A stretch of 64,000 bases of DNA from Nemertoderma westbladi. Lineage: Eukaryota > Animalia > Xenacoelomorpha. Location: contig JAUCBJ010003847.1 of assembly GCA_032718475.1 (NCBI GenBank), forward strand, positions 1-64,000, given 5' to 3'. Numbering within the stretch: the stretch's first letter is position 1; the number at the start of each line of letters is the position of its first letter. A program made the translations under genes and the position numbers. The notes under the pieces are model-generated. The model saw nothing but the letters and a program-made list of their open reading frames with translations, made no database searches and was not told where the DNA came from. Shown piece after piece: positions 60,580 through 64,000 of this stretch.

Positions 60580-61096
60580 TAAACTAGCACAGTAGCGATA
60601 CCAAAAGTCGAGGTCGCCAATGACACTGCGACAGACAGAGGCCGTGGCCTTGATGGCGAGTTGTTTGAGTACCGGTACAATTCCAAAACGTTGCTGGGTA
60701 TTCTATTTAGGTATTGCAGTATTGGGCTGACTAGGTACCCCCCTCGTGCAGTAGTGGATACCAGAACATGGAATAAAGGTCAGCTGGTACAACCTGACAA
60801 TATATCAGTCTGTTTTAAGTCCGCATAATTTCAATACTTCCATGGCTGCATGGTTGCCGTTGCTGAGCCGATTGGTGGGTGGCGCCAAAGACCTGAAGAC
60901 GGTACGGGTAACTCTGTACCACTGCAACAGTAACGGTACCATACTGTAAAACATATGTTTAATAAGATTAAGGTACCGTACCGTACCGGTAAATGAGATA
61001 GCTGAATAGTGGCGATATCGCAATTCAGACATCACTCAGGCAATTGCAGGACTCCCTACCCTACCGCACGTACCAATGCTCAGATAATACAGTAGC

Positions 61097-64000
61097 TGTA
61101 AGCGGATTCAATTCCACTTCATTACCCACCAGAAAATGGGACCAGTGGCATTTAGCAATATGTTGGGGATACGAACAAGCCCTAAAGCCACAGAGAGAGG
61201 TGAGAGGTCGTCGGGGGTGAGTCAACCCGACAGGAGCCTGCAAGGCCACGCAGTCGCACAGAGAGAGGTGGGGGTGAGTAGACCCAGCCGGAGTAGAGAC
61301 AATGCGTCGACTAGAGAGGGGCGTAGAAGCGAAGTAGGAGGTAGCGAAGTAAGAGGTGGCGAATGGGGGGGGGGGGGTGGGCAGAGAATGTCCCACAAGC
61401 GTCGGCGGATAATGCGCTGGGCGAGTTAGGTGAACCACGGCACCCGACGACGGAGAATAGTAGGGGGATTGCAAGTATCCCCAGGAGCGTCCAACCGGCT
61501 AGAGAGAGAGAGAGAGGTTGGTGCCGTGAGCAGGCGAGCGATAATACGTCGAGCCCAGTCGGAAGACGGAAGAAGAACAGTGGAGTTTAACCGGGAGGTC
61601 GGAGAGAGATCTCATGAGCGGGAGCGCTACACTGAAGAGAGAAGAAGTGAAGAAAATAGAAGAAGCGTTGCTACGAGCAATCGGAGAGCGAGGACGGACA
61701 GCGAACCGTCGGTGGCAGAGATTGAGTTAGAGAGTCAGTGGGGTCGAACTCCAGGAGATTGCCGTTGCCCCGGAGAGACGAAGCCTAATGAGATATACCA
61801 TACACCGGGAGAAGGGTACAGGATATACTGGCACGAGGACGAGGACAGGAGAGGGGATCGAAGAGAAACTTCCCGACAGGATATAGCTGCCGATCGAGAG
61901 TACGGTAGTCGCGGGGATAACTTCTTGGAATATTCGAGAAGATTAAACTTCAGACCGGAAGGACACAGGCAGACTGCAGGACATACTGTAGGCCATACTG
62001 CACATACTATAGGCCATGCTGGAAGAGATAGTGTAGGCGATAGGGTAGCGCGGACAACGGGATTAGACCCGGAAGTCGCGGCATACATACCGGTAGGTAG
62101 GCAAGAAGTGGATAGGCCTATACCGGTACCTGCACACCAGTATGACTATAATATGCAGGGACATAACATATACCCAGGGGAAGGGGGTGTTATTGCCGAT
62201 AGGTGTGTGGGCCCTAACATGGTAACATCAACCCCAATACCAAATATAACATCGGTGGGGGGGGGGGGGGGGGGACATTCCCCCATTACAATATCAGCAA
62301 TACACTCAACCGAGAACAAAAACCCCGAACCCCTTGAAGGAGAATAGATCATGCGATACAGAGATATGGAGGGGACCATTACCCCCAATGATATATCCGA
62401 CACAGAAGAGGTCGACAGGCCCGACGGGCGAACCGCACCCAACAACGGGAGAGTCTGTACAGCATCCGTCGAACCCACTAGAAGCACAGGCGATGGGAAT
62501 GGCAACACTCATAGAAGCGCTTAAGACCAGGATCGAGCTGCCACCAGTGGAGCCGTTTAAATTCGATGGAAGCAGACCGGAGGAATACCTGCAATTCCAA
62601 TGCATGTACAGTAATGAAATATTAACTAAGAATCTGACGCAGGCGGAGTGCCTAAAATATTTACAAGTTTACACAGGGGGCCCAGCGTACGATATCGTAA
62701 GGCAGTATCAAGGTATCGAGGACGGATTCATGACTGCATGGCGGGCCCTGGACAGGGAATACGGACACCCTGCCAAGATCATCCGGCAGACCTTGAGGGG
62801 AATAACATCCGGTGGCCTACAGGATAACCCTGTTAGTATAAAGACTTTCGCGAATAAGGTCGAGAAGGCGCTGATCGTGCTAAAGACCTTGGATGCGCCA
62901 TACAAACTCAACGCATCGAATAACATCACCACAATAGCGCAGGCACTGCCAATCTGGCTAAGAAACAAGTGGAGGAAGATCGCCTTCTCCACCCGGGAGA
63001 AGAAAGGTGCGGAACTGGGCCTAGAAGAAATGTCAAACTTCCTCAATTATGAGGCAGAGTTGATTACAGACCCAGTCTACAGCGAGGATAGTTTGGGGAA
63101 GGCACCGAAAGCTGAATACAACAGGCTTAAACCCAAACACAGTCCGGCGGATCCATTCCCGAGAGTGAGACAGTCGCTACCACATGCGGCCATGCAGGGG
63201 ACTGCTAGTCCACAGTTAGCTGGGAATAGGGCCACACCATGGCAGGGACAGAAACAAAATAACAACACGAACAAATATAATCCCAACATACCCAGTAGGC
63301 CAAGTCCAAATAACCAAAACACCAAACCGGTAGATATGAATCTATGCGCTATACGTGAAGGGCTATACAGGGAGCGCTACAATCCAGGATACGAATGTCA
63401 ATTGCATAGGGATGGAACCCATAAGACCATGAGTTGTAAGCATTGGCAAGCGTTGCCTAAACAAGATCGGGTAGCCTATGTGGATACAAATGGACCATGT
63501 CATCACTGTGTGGTGGAAGGACACAGAATCGGAGAGTGTGGAGAAACACCGATAGGATACGATGAGACTGGAGGCCAAACTAAGGCTACAAGCACGACGG
63601 GAGCAAAGAGAAAGAGAATGGTACTACTCGAAACAGTACCACTGAGAATAACAGGAGAGGGCGGGCTATCGGTTACAACATTAATGTTGATCGATAGTGG
63701 AGCAGCGTTCACGTTAACGGAGGATTGGGTGGCCGAAAAGATAGGGTTACGAACGAAGCCAAGCAAGATGGCGGTGACCACTATCTCGAGTAAAGACAAA
63801 GTCTTTAAGATGAGAACGGGGCGTTGTAAATCCGGGAGAGTGGTGGCTCCCCGATTGCGGGGTGACCATCGACCCCATTTAAATAGTACAATCGATTAAC
63901 ATTAATGCCAGGAGACCCACGAAGAGCGAGGTCGAACAATACCAGTACCTGGACAACATCGATTTCTCAACACCAGAACTGGACATCCCGAAAGTATCTA
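61097..64000 (+). mobile_element. BEL/Pao element of the same family as 3531-11290; partial LTR fused to the internal region; runs off the window
   Basis: TGTAAGCGGATTCAATTCC at 61097. LTR similarity stops at ~61210 and the sequence continues as a homologue of ~6470 onward. Confidence 0.88.
62334..63899 (+). CDS. gag-pro: BEL/Pao gag (DUF1759-like, Cys/His knuckles) plus aspartic protease, open over 521 aa
   Basis: PFKFDGSRPEEYLQF, LPIWLRNKW, CHHCVVEGHRIGEC, LIDSGAAFT; frameshifted at both ends. Confidence 0.8.
   Translation: MKENRSCDTEIWRGPLPPMIYPTQKRSTGPTGEPHPTTGESVQHPSNPLEAQAMGMATLIEALKTRIELPPVEPFKFDGSRPEEYLQFQCMYSNEILTKNLTQAECLKYLQVYTGGPAYDIVRQYQGIEDGFMTAWRALDREYGHPAKIIRQTLRGITSGGLQDNPVSIKTFANKVEKALIVLKTLDAPYKLNASNNITTIAQALPIWLRNKWRKIAFSTREKKGAELGLEEMSNFLNYEAELITDPVYSEDSLGKAPKAEYNRLKPKHSPADPFPRVRQSLPHAAMQGTASPQLAGNRATPWQGQKQNNNTNKYNPNIPSRPSPNNQNTKPVDMNLCAIREGLYRERYNPGYECQLHRDGTHKTMSCKHWQALPKQDRVAYVDTNGPCHHCVVEGHRIGECGETPIGYDETGGQTKATSTTGAKRKRMVLLETVPLRITGEGGLSVTTLMLIDSGAAFTLTEDWVAEKIGLRTKPSKMAVTTISSKDKVFKMRTGRCKSGRVVAPRLRGDHRPHLNSTID

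Overview
This is eukaryotic, probably invertebrate metazoan, genomic DNA dominated by nested mobile elements. The centrepiece is a full-length 18,144-bp Polinton/Maverick (adintovirus-like endogenous virus, 16031-34174) with 708-bp TIRs starting AGTAGT and a 6-bp TSD AGCGCT. It encodes an rve integrase, a double-jelly-roll major capsid protein, two tandem pentons, an adenain-type protease, a packaging ATPase, pX/pVI-like core proteins, a DEDD-like 'PW' protein, a RING protein, a protein-primed PolB and, unusually, an intact TATA-binding-protein-like gene. It inserted exactly into the integrase zinc-finger CxxC of a decayed Gypsy (Mag-like) LTR element, whose 5' LTR also carries a BEL solo LTR. 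At the left end, a perfect 699-bp tandem array carries in every unit a complete hammerhead-ribozyme motif in a non-standard order, with the GUA cleavage strand inside the stem II loop (retrozyme-like). Also present: BEL/Pao derivatives (one demonstrably lacking RT) and solo LTRs; three RTE LINE fragments, two with fold-back palindromes at their 5' junctions; a CRE-like LINE relic; several MITEs; and two intact, intronless CatSper4-like channel paralogues, the only clear host genes. All calls come from motif recognition by eye; no database searches were run.
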